Positions 11,472 to 23,041 of a stretch of DNA of 64,000 bases are shown in pieces. The stretch is taken from assembly GCF_028368995.1 (NCBI RefSeq), contig NZ_JAQNDL010000001.1, forward strand, positions 128,001 to 192,000, written 5' to 3'. The notes under the pieces were generated by a model. That model was not told the DNA's origin and did not search any database. It saw nothing but the letters and a program-made list of their open reading frames with translations. Made by a program: the position numbers and the translations under genes. Position 1 is the stretch's first letter, and each line of letters begins with the position of its first letter. This DNA comes from Nannocystis bainbridge. Lineage in GTDB: Bacteria; Myxococcota_A; Polyangia; Nannocystales; Nannocystaceae.

Positions 11472-14128
11472 TCAGAAGCTGTTGCCGACGTTGAACTCGA
11501 AGACGACCGGTTCGTCGCCGTAATAGAACTCGGTGGGCGGCAGGCGATCGAGCGGGAAGCCCCACTCGAACCGCAGCGGGCCGATCGGCGACTGCCAGCG
11601 GAAGCCGAAGCCGACCGAGCGACGCAGCGACTTGAGGAAGCCCGGCGCGCCCGGACGCAGGAGCGTGCACGGATCGCTCTTCGGCTGCTCGACCGGGTTG
11701 GCTTCGACGCAGTACAGCGGCTCGGTGTTGTAGGCGTTGCCGATGTCCATGAAGACCACGCCCTTGATGTTGGCGGGCGGGACCATCATGAACTCGAGCT
11801 CGAGGTTCAAGGCCGTGAGCAGGTTGCCGCCGATGGTGTACGGGATGAGCGACGCCGTCGGGTCGGAGCTGCCGAGCACCTTGATCGCCGGGCCGAGGCT
11901 GCGCAGGCGATAGCCGCGGATGCCGCCGTCGCCGAAGATGCCGCCGGGGAAGTAGCGCTCGAACACCGGCACGCCCTTGTCCTGCGGGCTGTGGATGAAG
12001 CCGACCTGCAGGCGGGTCTTGAACACCAACCAGGCGCGGAACGCCTGCTTGCTGCGGATGATCGGGAAGTAGAAGCGGAAGTTCGCGTCGTAGCGGTTGA
12101 ACCGGTTCTGCGAGCCCCAGTACTTGTTGGCGAACTCTGCCCGGATCTCGTGGCGCATGCCCTCGGTCGGGAAGAGGTAGTTGTCGGTCGTGTCGTAGCG
12201 GAGGCTGGCCGTGATCGCCGACGTGATGCCGTTGTTGAAGAGGTTCGAGATCAGCGCCTGGCCGCTGTAGAGCGTCGAGTAGGCGCCGCCCGTGAACAGG
12301 CCGGCGCCGCCGCCGTAGTAGCCGCCGAGCGAGCCGAAGTTGCCGAAGCCGACCTTGATGTACTCGAACGAGTAACCCGCGAACAGGATGAGGTTCGGGA
12401 TCCGCGGGATCGGGTAACCCCACGACAGTCGCACGCCGGTGCTCTCACGCGAGAAGCCGGGGAACACGTTGCGCGAGTTGAAGATGTTGAACGAGAAGTT
12501 CCAGCGCGAGTCGAGGAAGTAGCGCGTGATGTAGGCGAGGTTGAACAGGCGCCGCAGGCTCGACATCTGGGCCACGAGGGTCACCGTGGTGCCGCGGCCG
12601 AGGAAGTTGTCGTACTGGATCTGCGCCTGCAGCACGAAGTTCTCGATCGTGCTGAAGCCGGCGCCGACCTGGAACGTGCCGGTCAGGCGCTCGGTCACCT
12701 CGACGTTGAGGACGATCTTGTCCTCGGCGCTGCCCTTGCTGGTCGAGATCGTGACCTGGTTGAAGTAGCCGAGCCGCATCGCGTTGAACTCGGACTGCTC
12801 CTTGCCGCTCTCGGCGTAGAGGTCGCCCTCGCGCAGCGCCATCTCGCGGCGGATGACCTTGTCGGCGGTCTTGTCGTTGCCGCTGATGTTGATGCGCTCG
12901 ACGTAGACCAGCGGGCCCTTGCCGACCTCGAGCGTCATGTAGAGCTTGAGGTTCTCGCGGTCCTGGCGGCCGTCGGGGATGACGTTGACGTAGGCGTGGC
13001 CCGCGTCCTTGTAGCGGCGCTCGATGTCCTGGATGATCGTCTGGATCTTCCCCATCGAGGCGACGTCGCCCTCCTTGATCACGGGGTTGATCGAGTCGGC
13101 CAGGACGTTCTCGTTGTAGAGCGCCTTCTCGCCGCGCCCGAGGACCTCCTTCGCGCGGATCTTGCCGACGCGGTACTGCGGGCCCTCGTCGACCGGGACG
13201 GTGACGTAGACGAACCGACGGTCGGGGCTGAGGCTCAGCTCCGGGTCCTTGACGTTGGCGTCGAGGTAGCCGTTGTCGGTGTAGAACTGCTTCAACATCT
13301 GGAAGTCGCCGGCGAACGCCTCCTTGTTGAAGACGCCGCCGGCTTTCTTCGTGACGACGCTGAGGTAGCCGCCGACGCGCGTGATCATGTGCTTGCGCAG
13401 CTCGTCGTCGGTGAAGGCTTGGTTGCCGATGAAGGTGATCTTGCGGACGATGGTCTCGGCCGCCTCGCTGATCACGATCTGGATGTCGACCTTGCCGATC
13501 TCGTCCTCGACCGGGCGCAGGCCGTAGGTCACCTCGGCCAGGAAGAAGCCCTTCTCGACGTAGAGCTGCTTGACCTTCTCGACGTTGGCCCGCACGGAGC
13601 CGACGTCGAGGATGGCGTTGAGCTTGAGGTCGAGCTGCTCGTTGATGTCGTCGAGCTTGATCTTGCTGTTGCCCTCGACCACGATCTTGCGGATCGTCGG
13701 CCGCTCCTTGACGACGTAGGTGAGCACCACGCCCGAGGGCGTCAGCTCGCCTTCGACGCGGATGTCGTCGAACTTGCCGAGGCCCCACAGGCGCTTGATG
13801 TCGGTCGCCAGGTTGCGCGGGTTGACCACCGCGTCGATGTGGCTCTCGAGCTCGAGCATCATCGCTTCGCTCTCGACCCGGCGGTTGCCCTCGAAGCGGA
13901 TGTCGACGATCGGTTGGCCGTAGAGCTCCTGCGGCACACCAGCCGCGGCGGCCTTGAAGAAGAACTCGCTGCCGATGTCGGCCATGCTGGGCATGGCGCT
14001 CGAGACCTGTCCGAACAGACAGATGAGCGCGGCCACCAGCAAAGCCAGCGCGCGCGAGCGCGGGCGGCGACGGACCAGGTGCACGCGGAGGGGCACTCCG
14101 CGGGCGGGGCTGTGAAGGGGACGCTCCG

Positions 14129-14132
<4 letters not shown>
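11472..14132 (-). CDS. bamA: Outer membrane protein assembly factor BamA
   Basis: POTRA repeats ([22 protein letters not shown]), IRGY motif, [14 protein letters not shown]-terminal FNVGNSF. Confidence 0.96.
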
Positions 14133-14932
<800 letters not shown>

Positions 14933-14952
14933 GGGGGCCGTTTGCCGGCGCA

Positions 14953-14981
14953 ACCCTAGACGCGCCCCATTCCCCTGTCAA
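14953..14981 (-). promoter_or_regulatory. Sigma70-type promoter upstream of lolD-bamA
   Basis: Minus strand TTGACA-17 nt-TAGGGT, about 20 nt before the lolD ATG at 14932. Confidence 0.6.
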
Positions 14982-14994
14982 TGCGGCTTGCGGG

Positions 14995-16848
14995 TCACTC
15001 GCCGCGCCGGAGGCCGTCGACGGGCCGCAGCGCCGCCGCGGCCCGCGCGGGGAGCACGCTGGCCAGCCCTACGAGCACGAGCGCGGCGGCAGCGACGAGC
15101 GCGACCTCCCACGGATCGACGCGCAGCGGCAACGCCTCGAGGGTGAAGGCGTCGCTGCGCAAGGGGATGCCGCGCTCGCTGAACCACGTGCACAGGGCCA
15201 GACCCGCGGCGATCCCACCGACACAACCGACGCCTCCGACGATTATTCCTTCGAAGGCGAAGATTCCGGCGATCAGACGATCGCGGGCCCCCATGGCCTT
15301 CAAGATGGCGATCTCGGCCGACCGCTCCATGACGCTCATCATGTTGGTGGCGAGGATCCCGAAGGCCGCGACGAGGATCACGAAGAGCAGCGCGACGAAC
15401 ATCGCGACCTTCTCGAGGAACATCGCCGAGAACAGGCCGCGGTGGATCTGGCGCCAGTCCTCGACCACGAGCTCGGGGCCGGCGACGGCGATCACGCCGG
15501 CCTTGGCCGCGGCGAGCGCGTCGGGATCGGCGAGGCGAACGGCGATCGAGGTCACCGCGCCCGGGGCCCGCAGGAACGCCTGCGCGTCGGTCAACGGGAC
15601 GTAGGCGTAGTCACGGTCGTCGTCATAGACGCCGGTGGCGTAGACGCCGGCGACGCGGGCCTGCAGGACGCCGGGCACCAGCCCGGCGGGGGTCATGCGG
15701 CCCTCGGGGGTGATGAGTTGCACCGGATCGCCGGGACCGACGCTGAGCTCGGCCGCCAGCTCGATGCCGAGGAGCACGGGCACGGTCCGCGGCTCGTCCG
15801 CCGCCCCGTCGCTCGTGGGCTCGGCGGCCGGAGGCGCCGGGAGCCCGTCGGCGAGCGACGGCTCCGCGTCGGTCGGCGAGGTGTCGACCGGGCGTGCGGG
15901 CGGGATCTTGCCCTCGGCGCGCAGCCGCGGGATCTCCTGCTCCGGGTCCTCCCAGCCGCCGCCGTCGTCCTCTTCGGCCGCGGGCCCCGGCGCGACCACC
16001 GGGTCGCGTGCCGGTGGGATCTTGCCCGCCGCGCGCAGCTGCGGGATCTCCTGCGCCGGATCCTCCCAGCCGCCCGAGTCCTCGACTTCGGCCTCGACCG
16101 CCTCCGGGTGCGCGAGCGCGTCGTCCGGCGCCGGCTCGACCGGTCCTTCGGGACCTGTCCCATCGCCCATGTCCGAAGGGTCATCCTCGGGCATGGCGTC
16201 GAGGACCGGGAACGGGCGCCATGGCAGCTGCGAAGGATCGAGGAAGGCGGCGTAGTCGCCCTCGATGACCTCGTCGGGCAGGCCCGAGGCCGTGGCGTGC
16301 AGGACCGGGTCGACGCCGACCAGGTTGACCCCGGCGCGACCGAAGCCGCTGCGGATCATGATCGGCCCGGCGAGCTCGGGGCTGACGCCGACGACGTCCG
16401 GAACCCCCTGCACGCGAGCCACCAGCGGACCGGGCGTGACGATCTCCGCGCCGGGCGGCGGCGCGATCCGGAGGTGCGCGCGGTGGCCGAGCAAGCGGGT
16501 CTGCAGATCGCCCTCGAGACCGCCCAGCAGACTGAGGACCAGCACCAGCGCGGCGCAGCCCTGGGCCACCGAGTAACCAGTGATCGCAACCAGCAGGGTG
16601 AAGCCGCGGACGGTGGCGGCGAAGCTGAACACGAGCAGGCCGATCGCCGCGGCGAAGCTGCCGACCACGTAGGCGAGATCGCCGTTCGACAGCTCGCCGG
16701 CCTCGCTGGGAGGTTGTCCGAAAGACCAGATGACTGCGCCTGCCCCGGCGGCCACCGGGACGAGCGCCAGGATGGCGATGGTTCGGGTCCAGCGTGGCGC
16801 CCGGCGCGTCCGCAGGTGCCGCCAGGCGACCCGCAGCGACAGGTTCAT
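14995..16848 (-). CDS. lolE: LolC/E-family (FtsX/MacB) permease with long acidic/Pro-rich periplasmic insertion
   Basis: VAWRHLR, DWRQIHRGLFSAMFLEK, EIAILKAMGA, C-terminal ALRPVDGLR; adjacent to lolD. Assignment of C versus E is arbitrary. Confidence 0.85.
   Translation of the reverse strand: MNLSLRVAWRHLRTRRAPRWTRTIAILALVPVAAGAGAVIWSFGQPPSEAGELSNGDLAYVVGSFAAAIGLLVFSFAATVRGFTLLVAITGYSVAQGCAALVLVLSLLGGLEGDLQTRLLGHRAHLRIAPPPGAEIVTPGPLVARVQGVPDVVGVSPELAGPIMIRSGFGRAGVNLVGVDPVLHATASGLPDEVIEGDYAAFLDPSQLPWRPFPVLDAMPEDDPSDMGDGTGPEGPVEPAPDDALAHPEAVEAEVEDSGGWEDPAQEIPQLRAAGKIPPARDPVVAPGPAAEEDDGGGWEDPEQEIPRLRAEGKIPPARPVDTSPTDAEPSLADGLPAPPAAEPTSDGAADEPRTVPVLLGIELAAELSVGPGDPVQLITPEGRMTPAGLVPGVLQARVAGVYATGVYDDDRDYAYVPLTDAQAFLRAPGAVTSIAVRLADPDALAAAKAGVIAVAGPELVVEDWRQIHRGLFSAMFLEKVAMFVALLFVILVAAFGILATNMMSVMERSAEIAILKAMGARDRLIAGIFAFEGIIVGGVGCVGGIAAGLALCTWFSERGIPLRSDAFTLEALPLRVDPWEVALVAAAALVLVGLASVLPARAAAALRPVDGLRRGE
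16137..16188. repeat. 14-bp-period array inside lolE-like gene (4 units)
   Basis: 16137 cgaccggtcc, 16151 ggacctgtcc, 16165 gcccatgtcc, 16179 ggtcatcctc. Confidence 0.65.
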
Positions 16849-18884
16849 CGCTCCGCCTGTCGCAGAGCGTCGACCGGGCGCATGCGCGAGGCGATCCGCG
16901 CCGGGTAGAGGCTCGACAGCCAGACGATGACGAGCGACGACACGCCGACCAGCGCGACCTCGAAGCCGTCGATGGCGACCGGCAACTGCTCGAAGCTCTG
17001 CAGCGAGCCGCTGAGCGGCAGGCCGAAGCGATCGAGCAGGCCGCACAAGCCGATGCCGGTGACGATGCCGAGGACACCGCCGAGGATGCCGAGGCACAGG
17101 CCCTCGGAGATGAAGATGCGCTGGATGAGGCTGTCGGTGCAGCCCATCGTCTTGAGGATCGCGATCTCCTTCGACTTCTCGATCACGCTCATCAAGTTGG
17201 AGCCGAGGATGCCGAACGAGGCGACCAGGATCACGCACAGCAGGGCCACGAACACCGCGATCTTCTCGAGCGCCATCGCCGAGAACAGGCTGCGGTTCAG
17301 CTCCTGCCAGTCCTGGACGACGAGGTCGTCGCGGCCGGCGGCGTCGACCGCGTCTTGCACGGCCTGGCGGCGGACGTCGAGCTGCTCGATGTCGTCGACC
17401 TTGACCTCGAGGCCGGTGACGCGGTCGCCGGCGCGCAGGAACGCCTGGGCCACCGGCAGCGAGGCGTACACCAGCCAGCGGTCGTAGTCGTAGTGGTCGG
17501 CGTCGAACACCCCGGCGATCCGCACGGCCATGACTCCGGGGATCCGGCCGGCCGGGGTCATGCGACCGATCGGGGTGATCAGCTGGACCTGATCGCCGGT
17601 GCGCGCCGCCAGCTCCTTGGCCTTCTCGCTGCCGATCAGGAGGCCGTCGACCAGCGCGTCGCGCGAGATCGGCGCCTCGACCTCGGGCTCGACCTCGGGC
17701 TCGGGCTGGCTCGCGCCAGGCGCGGCCGCGGGCGGCAGCTGGCCCTTCGCGCGCAGCTTGCCGATCTCGACCTCCGGATCTTCCCAGCCCTCGTCCGCCT
17801 CGCCGAGCGGGCCGAACGGGCTGCGCGGCATGGTCGGGATCGCCGCGGCCGCCGAGGTCGGCACGCCGATCTTCTTGCTCGTCGCTGGCGGGCTCGGCTC
17901 CGGCTTGGCCGGCGGCAGCGTGCCCGTCTTGCGCAGCGCGGGGATCTCGATCTCGGGGTCCTCCCAGCCGTCGTCGGGGTCGTCGTCGACGGTGCTCGGG
18001 ATGTCCTCGGGGACATGTCCTTCGGCACCTGTCGCATGGGGCAGGGCCGTGGCGCCCTGCCCTTCCTTCGCCTCGCCCTCGTCGGGCGGCACCGGCGCGG
18101 GCGGCTCGACCGGCGTGATCTCGAAGCCGAACTCCGACTCCGGGATCTTCTCCGGCTGCGAGAGGAACGCGTAGTCGCCCTCGCGCATGATGTCGGGCAG
18201 GTTCGACACGCTGCGGTGCAGCTCGGGGTCGATGCCGAGGAGGATGCCGCCCTGGCGCTGGAAGCCGCTGCGGACCATGACTTCGCCCTGCAGGTACGGG
18301 CTGGCGCCGAGGATCCCCGGCTTGTCGGCGATCGCCAGCGCGAGGTCTCGGTAGTCGGCGAACGGCCGCCCGTCGGCCCCGGCGACGCGGATGTGGGCGC
18401 GCTGGCCGAGGATCTTGTCGCGCAGCTCGAGCTCGAGCCCGGTCATCAGGCTGAGCACCACGACCAGGGCCATGCAGCCGAGCATGACGCTGACGGTGAT
18501 GACCGTGGCGAGCAGGGTGAAGATCAGCGACAGCACGGCGCCGAGCAGCAGGCCGGCGCCGAGCAACAGGCTGATCCCGCCGAGCACCCCGAAGTAGGCC
18601 TGCGCCGGCGGCGGGAGGTCGGCGGTCGGATCGAAGCCGAGGCCGACGAGGCTCGAGTCGAGGGCGACGCGCTCGGGCAGGCCGGACTCGAGCGGCGAGA
18701 AGCCGTAGAGGGCGTAGAGCACGAAGCCGCCGCCGACCACGAGCAGATAGAGCGCGAGGCCGACGGCCGGCCAGGCCCACGACGGCGGGCGATCGCCGGC
18801 TCGCAGGTGCCGCCACGCGATCTGCCAGTGGAGGCTCGGGGGAGCCTCCGGCCGGGATGACGCGGCGGGACGAGCGTGGCTCAC
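16845..18884 (-). CDS. lolC: LolC/E-family permease with long acidic/Pro-rich periplasmic insertion
   Basis: IAWRHLR, VVLSLMTGLELELRDKIL, DWQELNRSLFSAMALEK, EIAILKTMG, PVDALR; GTG start overlaps the prfB stop. Confidence 0.87.
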   Translation of the reverse strand: MSHARPAASSRPEAPPSLHWQIAWRHLRAGDRPPSWAWPAVGLALYLLVVGGGFVLYALYGFSPLESGLPERVALDSSLVGLGFDPTADLPPPAQAYFGVLGGISLLLGAGLLLGAVLSLIFTLLATVITVSVMLGCMALVVVLSLMTGLELELRDKILGQRAHIRVAGADGRPFADYRDLALAIADKPGILGASPYLQGEVMVRSGFQRQGGILLGIDPELHRSVSNLPDIMREGDYAFLSQPEKIPESEFGFEITPVEPPAPVPPDEGEAKEGQGATALPHATGAEGHVPEDIPSTVDDDPDDGWEDPEIEIPALRKTGTLPPAKPEPSPPATSKKIGVPTSAAAAIPTMPRSPFGPLGEADEGWEDPEVEIGKLRAKGQLPPAAAPGASQPEPEVEPEVEAPISRDALVDGLLIGSEKAKELAARTGDQVQLITPIGRMTPAGRIPGVMAVRIAGVFDADHYDYDRWLVYASLPVAQAFLRAGDRVTGLEVKVDDIEQLDVRRQAVQDAVDAAGRDDLVVQDWQELNRSLFSAMALEKIAVFVALLCVILVASFGILGSNLMSVIEKSKEIAILKTMGCTDSLIQRIFISEGLCLGILGGVLGIVTGIGLCGLLDRFGLPLSGSLQSFEQLPVAIDGFEVALVGVSSLVIVWLSSLYPARIASRMRPVDALRQAER
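17997..18048. repeat. 14-bp-period array inside lolC-like gene (4 units)
   Basis: 17997 cgggatgtcc, 18011 ggacatgtcc, 18025 gcacctgtcg, 18039 gggcagggcc. Confidence 0.75.
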
Positions 18885-20030
18885 GACGACGCTTCCGCGG
18901 ACGACTGCGACTGTTGCAGGAGGTAGGCCTCGATGAACTCGTCGAGGTCGCCGTCGAGGACCGCGTTGACCGCCGAGCTCTTGATCTCGGTGCGGTGATC
19001 GTTGACCTGCTGGTACGGCTGCAGCACGTACGAGCGGATCTGGCTGCCCCACTCGATCTTCTTGCGCTCGCCCTGGAGGGCGTCGCGCTCGGCATCGCGG
19101 CGCTGCTGCTCGAGGTCCCACAGCTTGGCCTTGAGCACGCGCATCGCCGTGGCCTTGTTCTTGTGCTGCGAGCGCTCGACCTGGCAGGCGACGACGATGC
19201 CGGACGGCAAGTGGCGCAGGCGCACCGCCGAGTCGGTCTTGTTGACGTGCTGACCGCCGGCGCCGCTCGAGCGGAAGGTGTCGACCTCGAGGTCGGCCTC
19301 GTTGACCTCGATGTCGATGTCGTCGTCGCCGAGGTCGGGCAGCGTCATCACGCTGGCGAAGCTGGTCTGCCGGCGCGCGTTGGCGTCGAACGGCGAGATC
19401 CGGACCAGCCGGTGCACGCCGATCTCCGAGCGCAGGTAGCCGTAGGCGAACTCGCCGGTGATCTCGATCTCGGCGCTGCGGATGCCCGCCTGCTCGGCGT
19501 CCTGGACGTCGAGCACCTCGACCTTGAAGCCGTGCCGCTCGCCCCAGCGCATGTACATGCGCATGAGCATCTGCGCCCAGTCCTGACTGTCGACCCCGCC
19601 GGCGCCGGCGTTGATGGTGACGAGCGCGCCCTTTTCGTCGTGCGCGCCCGACAACATGCGGCGAAACTCCATCTTGCCGACGCGCGCGTCGAGCGACTCG
19701 AGCGCCGACCAGGCGTCGCGGATGCTGGCGTCGTCGCCCTCTTCACGCCCGAGCTCGTACAGCGTCTGGGCGTCGTCGTAGCGGCTCTGGGCCTCGTCGA
19801 GGTCGGAGAGGATCTTCTTCAGCGTCGACTGCTCGCGCAGGACGTCCTGGGCGCGATCGTTGTTGCCCCAAAACGCCGGATCGACGGTCTGCGCGTCGAG
19901 CTCTTCCAACTTCTCGCGTTTGCCATCGTAGTCAAAGATGCCTCCGGAGCTCGTTCAGGCGGTGAGCGAGGCGGGCGAGCTGCTCGGTGACCTTATTGTG
20001 CTCGGGGAGGATGTGGGCGGCGTCGTTCAT
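18881..20030 (-). CDS. prfB: Peptide chain release factor 2 with programmed +1 frameshift
   Basis: SPF and GGQ motifs in the main frame; upstream frame MNDAAH...LRRHL ends at CTT TGA C (19931-19937), preceded by an internal SD-like CGGAGG. Confidence 0.97.
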
Positions 20031-20043
20031 GGTGCACCAGTGC

Positions 20044-21432
<1,389 letters not shown>

Positions 21433-21518
21433 GCCGCGCGAAGCCTAGCAGTCGGCACGCAAGGGGGCCGGGCGCCGCCGCCGCCGAGACCGTGAGACGA
21501 CGCGCGGACAGGTGCTCG

Positions 21519-21884
21519 CTACCCGGCGACGGCCCGGGTGACCAACATCTGCAGCAAGGTCAAAGCGATCGCCGCCCACAGCGCCGTGCGCCAGCGGACG
21601 AACCGCACCCCGTCGACCAGGTTCTCGGTGATGACGAGCAGGATCGTGTTGACGAACGCCTGCACGAGGAAGGCGCCGATCGGACCGCTGATCAGGATCG
21701 GGAAGAAGAACACCAGCGACAGCAAGAAGAACAGCAGCTTGCCGAGCACGACGCTGAGGAGGCCGCAGATCACGGCCGCTTTGAAGGCGCTCCACAGGTC
21801 TCGCACCATCATGCCCGGCAGGAGCGCCGAGCAGACGATCAGGCCGAAGGTGAACGCGAGGCAGGAAGCGACGAGGGACGTCAT
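21519..21884 (-). CDS. 4-TM membrane protein (YvlD/phage-holin-4 like)
   Basis: About 120 aa, four hydrophobic segments, LLPG and VDGVRF..W motifs; between purC and purF. Confidence 0.6.
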   Translation of the reverse strand: MTSLVASCLAFTFGLIVCSALLPGMMVRDLWSAFKAAVICGLLSVVLGKLLFFLLSLVFFFPILISGPIGAFLVQAFVNTILLVITENLVDGVRFVRWRTALWAAIALTLLQMLVTRAVAG

Positions 21885-22005
21885 CGCCGCCAGCGTGACC
21901 CGCCCGCCCGCGCTTTGCAAGCGAGTGCCGCGACCGGGCGAACTCAGCGGTCATGCCGGCCGCCCTCCCCTGCCCCGCAGCCGCGATGCGAGACGAGGAC
22001 CCGCG

Positions 22006-22998
22006 CTAGCGCGGCGGCAGGCCGAGGTTCCGCCGCAGCCGCGCGACCGGCGGCTCGAGATCCGGCTCGAAGCGGCGCCCGGTGATGAGCTCGTGGACCT
22101 CGATGTAGCGCCGCGCCGCCTCGGCGCGGACCTCGTCAGGCAGGACGGGCGGCGGCCCCTCGCCGCGAAAGCCCTGCGAGACCAGCCAGCGCCGCAGGTA
22201 CTCCTTGTCGAGGCTGCGCGGATCGTCGCCGCGCGCCATCGCCTCGGCGTAGCTGTCGGCGTACCAGTAACGCGAGCTGTCGGGCGTGTGGATCTCGTCG
22301 ATCAGCACGACCTCGCCGTCGGGCCGCACGCCGAGCTCGTACTTGGTGTCGACGAGGATGAGCCCGCGCTCGGCGGCGATCTTCTGCCCGGCCTCGAACA
22401 GGGTCAGGCAGCGCCGCTCGAGCTCGTCGTAACGCTCGCGCTCGATGAGGCCGCGCTCGACCAGCCAGTCGCGGCTGACGCTGATGTCGTGTTGACCCTT
22501 GGGCGCCTTGGTCGAGGGGGTCAGCAAGCTGCGCGGCAGCTTCTCGTGGCGCCGCAGTCCCTCGGGCAAGGCGTGCCCGCAGAAGGTCCGCTCGCCGCGC
22601 TCGTAAGCCCGGGCGATGCTGGTGTCGCTGACGCCGGTGAGGTAGCCGCGGACCACGAACTCGACGGGGATCGGCGCACACTCGATGGCCCGCATGGCCT
22701 GAGGGTCAGGTACGCCGAGCATGTGGTTGGGGAAGATCGCGGCGGTGGCGTCGAACCAGAAGCGCGCGAGTCCGTTGAGCACCTGACCCTTGAACGGGAT
22801 GGTGCCGAGCACGACGTCGAAGGCGCTGACGCGATCGGTGACGAGGATCAGCCGCTCGCCGCCGCGCGTGAAGTTCTCGCGGACCTTGCCGCTGTAGCGC
22901 GCGCCGAGGACTTCGAATTCGTCCGGCAACGCGTCGAGGGTGCCGCCCGCCGCCAGCGCGCGCCGCATCTCGGGGGACGTCGAATCGGTGACCGCCAT
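22006..22998 (-). CDS. purC: SAICAR synthase
   Basis: [46 protein letters not shown]. Confidence 0.96.
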   Translation of the reverse strand: MAVTDSTSPEMRRALAAGGTLDALPDEFEVLGARYSGKVRENFTRGGERLILVTDRVSAFDVVLGTIPFKGQVLNGLARFWFDATAAIFPNHMLGVPDPQAMRAIECAPIPVEFVVRGYLTGVSDTSIARAYERGERTFCGHALPEGLRRHEKLPRSLLTPSTKAPKGQHDISVSRDWLVERGLIERERYDELERRCLTLFEAGQKIAAERGLILVDTKYELGVRPDGEVVLIDEIHTPDSSRYWYADSYAEAMARGDDPRSLDKEYLRRWLVSQGFRGEGPPPVLPDEVRAEAARRYIEVHELITGRRFEPDLEPPVARLRRNLGLPPR

Positions 22999-23041
22999 GC
23001 GGCGCGGACCATACCCGGACCACGCCGCGCGGGGGGCGCGC

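Noticed and set aside
14995-19095. A single 1366-aa LolC/E fusion as given in the ORF track
   Set aside because: The first ~750 residues are an off-frame reading of the upstream permease. The real gene starts at ATG 16848, overlapping the upstream stop.
18881-20030. prfB as a frameshifted pseudogene
   Set aside because: The break is the canonical CTT TGA C programmed frameshift.
21519-21884. Holin-like gene as evidence of a prophage
   Set aside because: This 4-TM family is common in chromosomes. It sits between purC and purF with no phage genes nearby.
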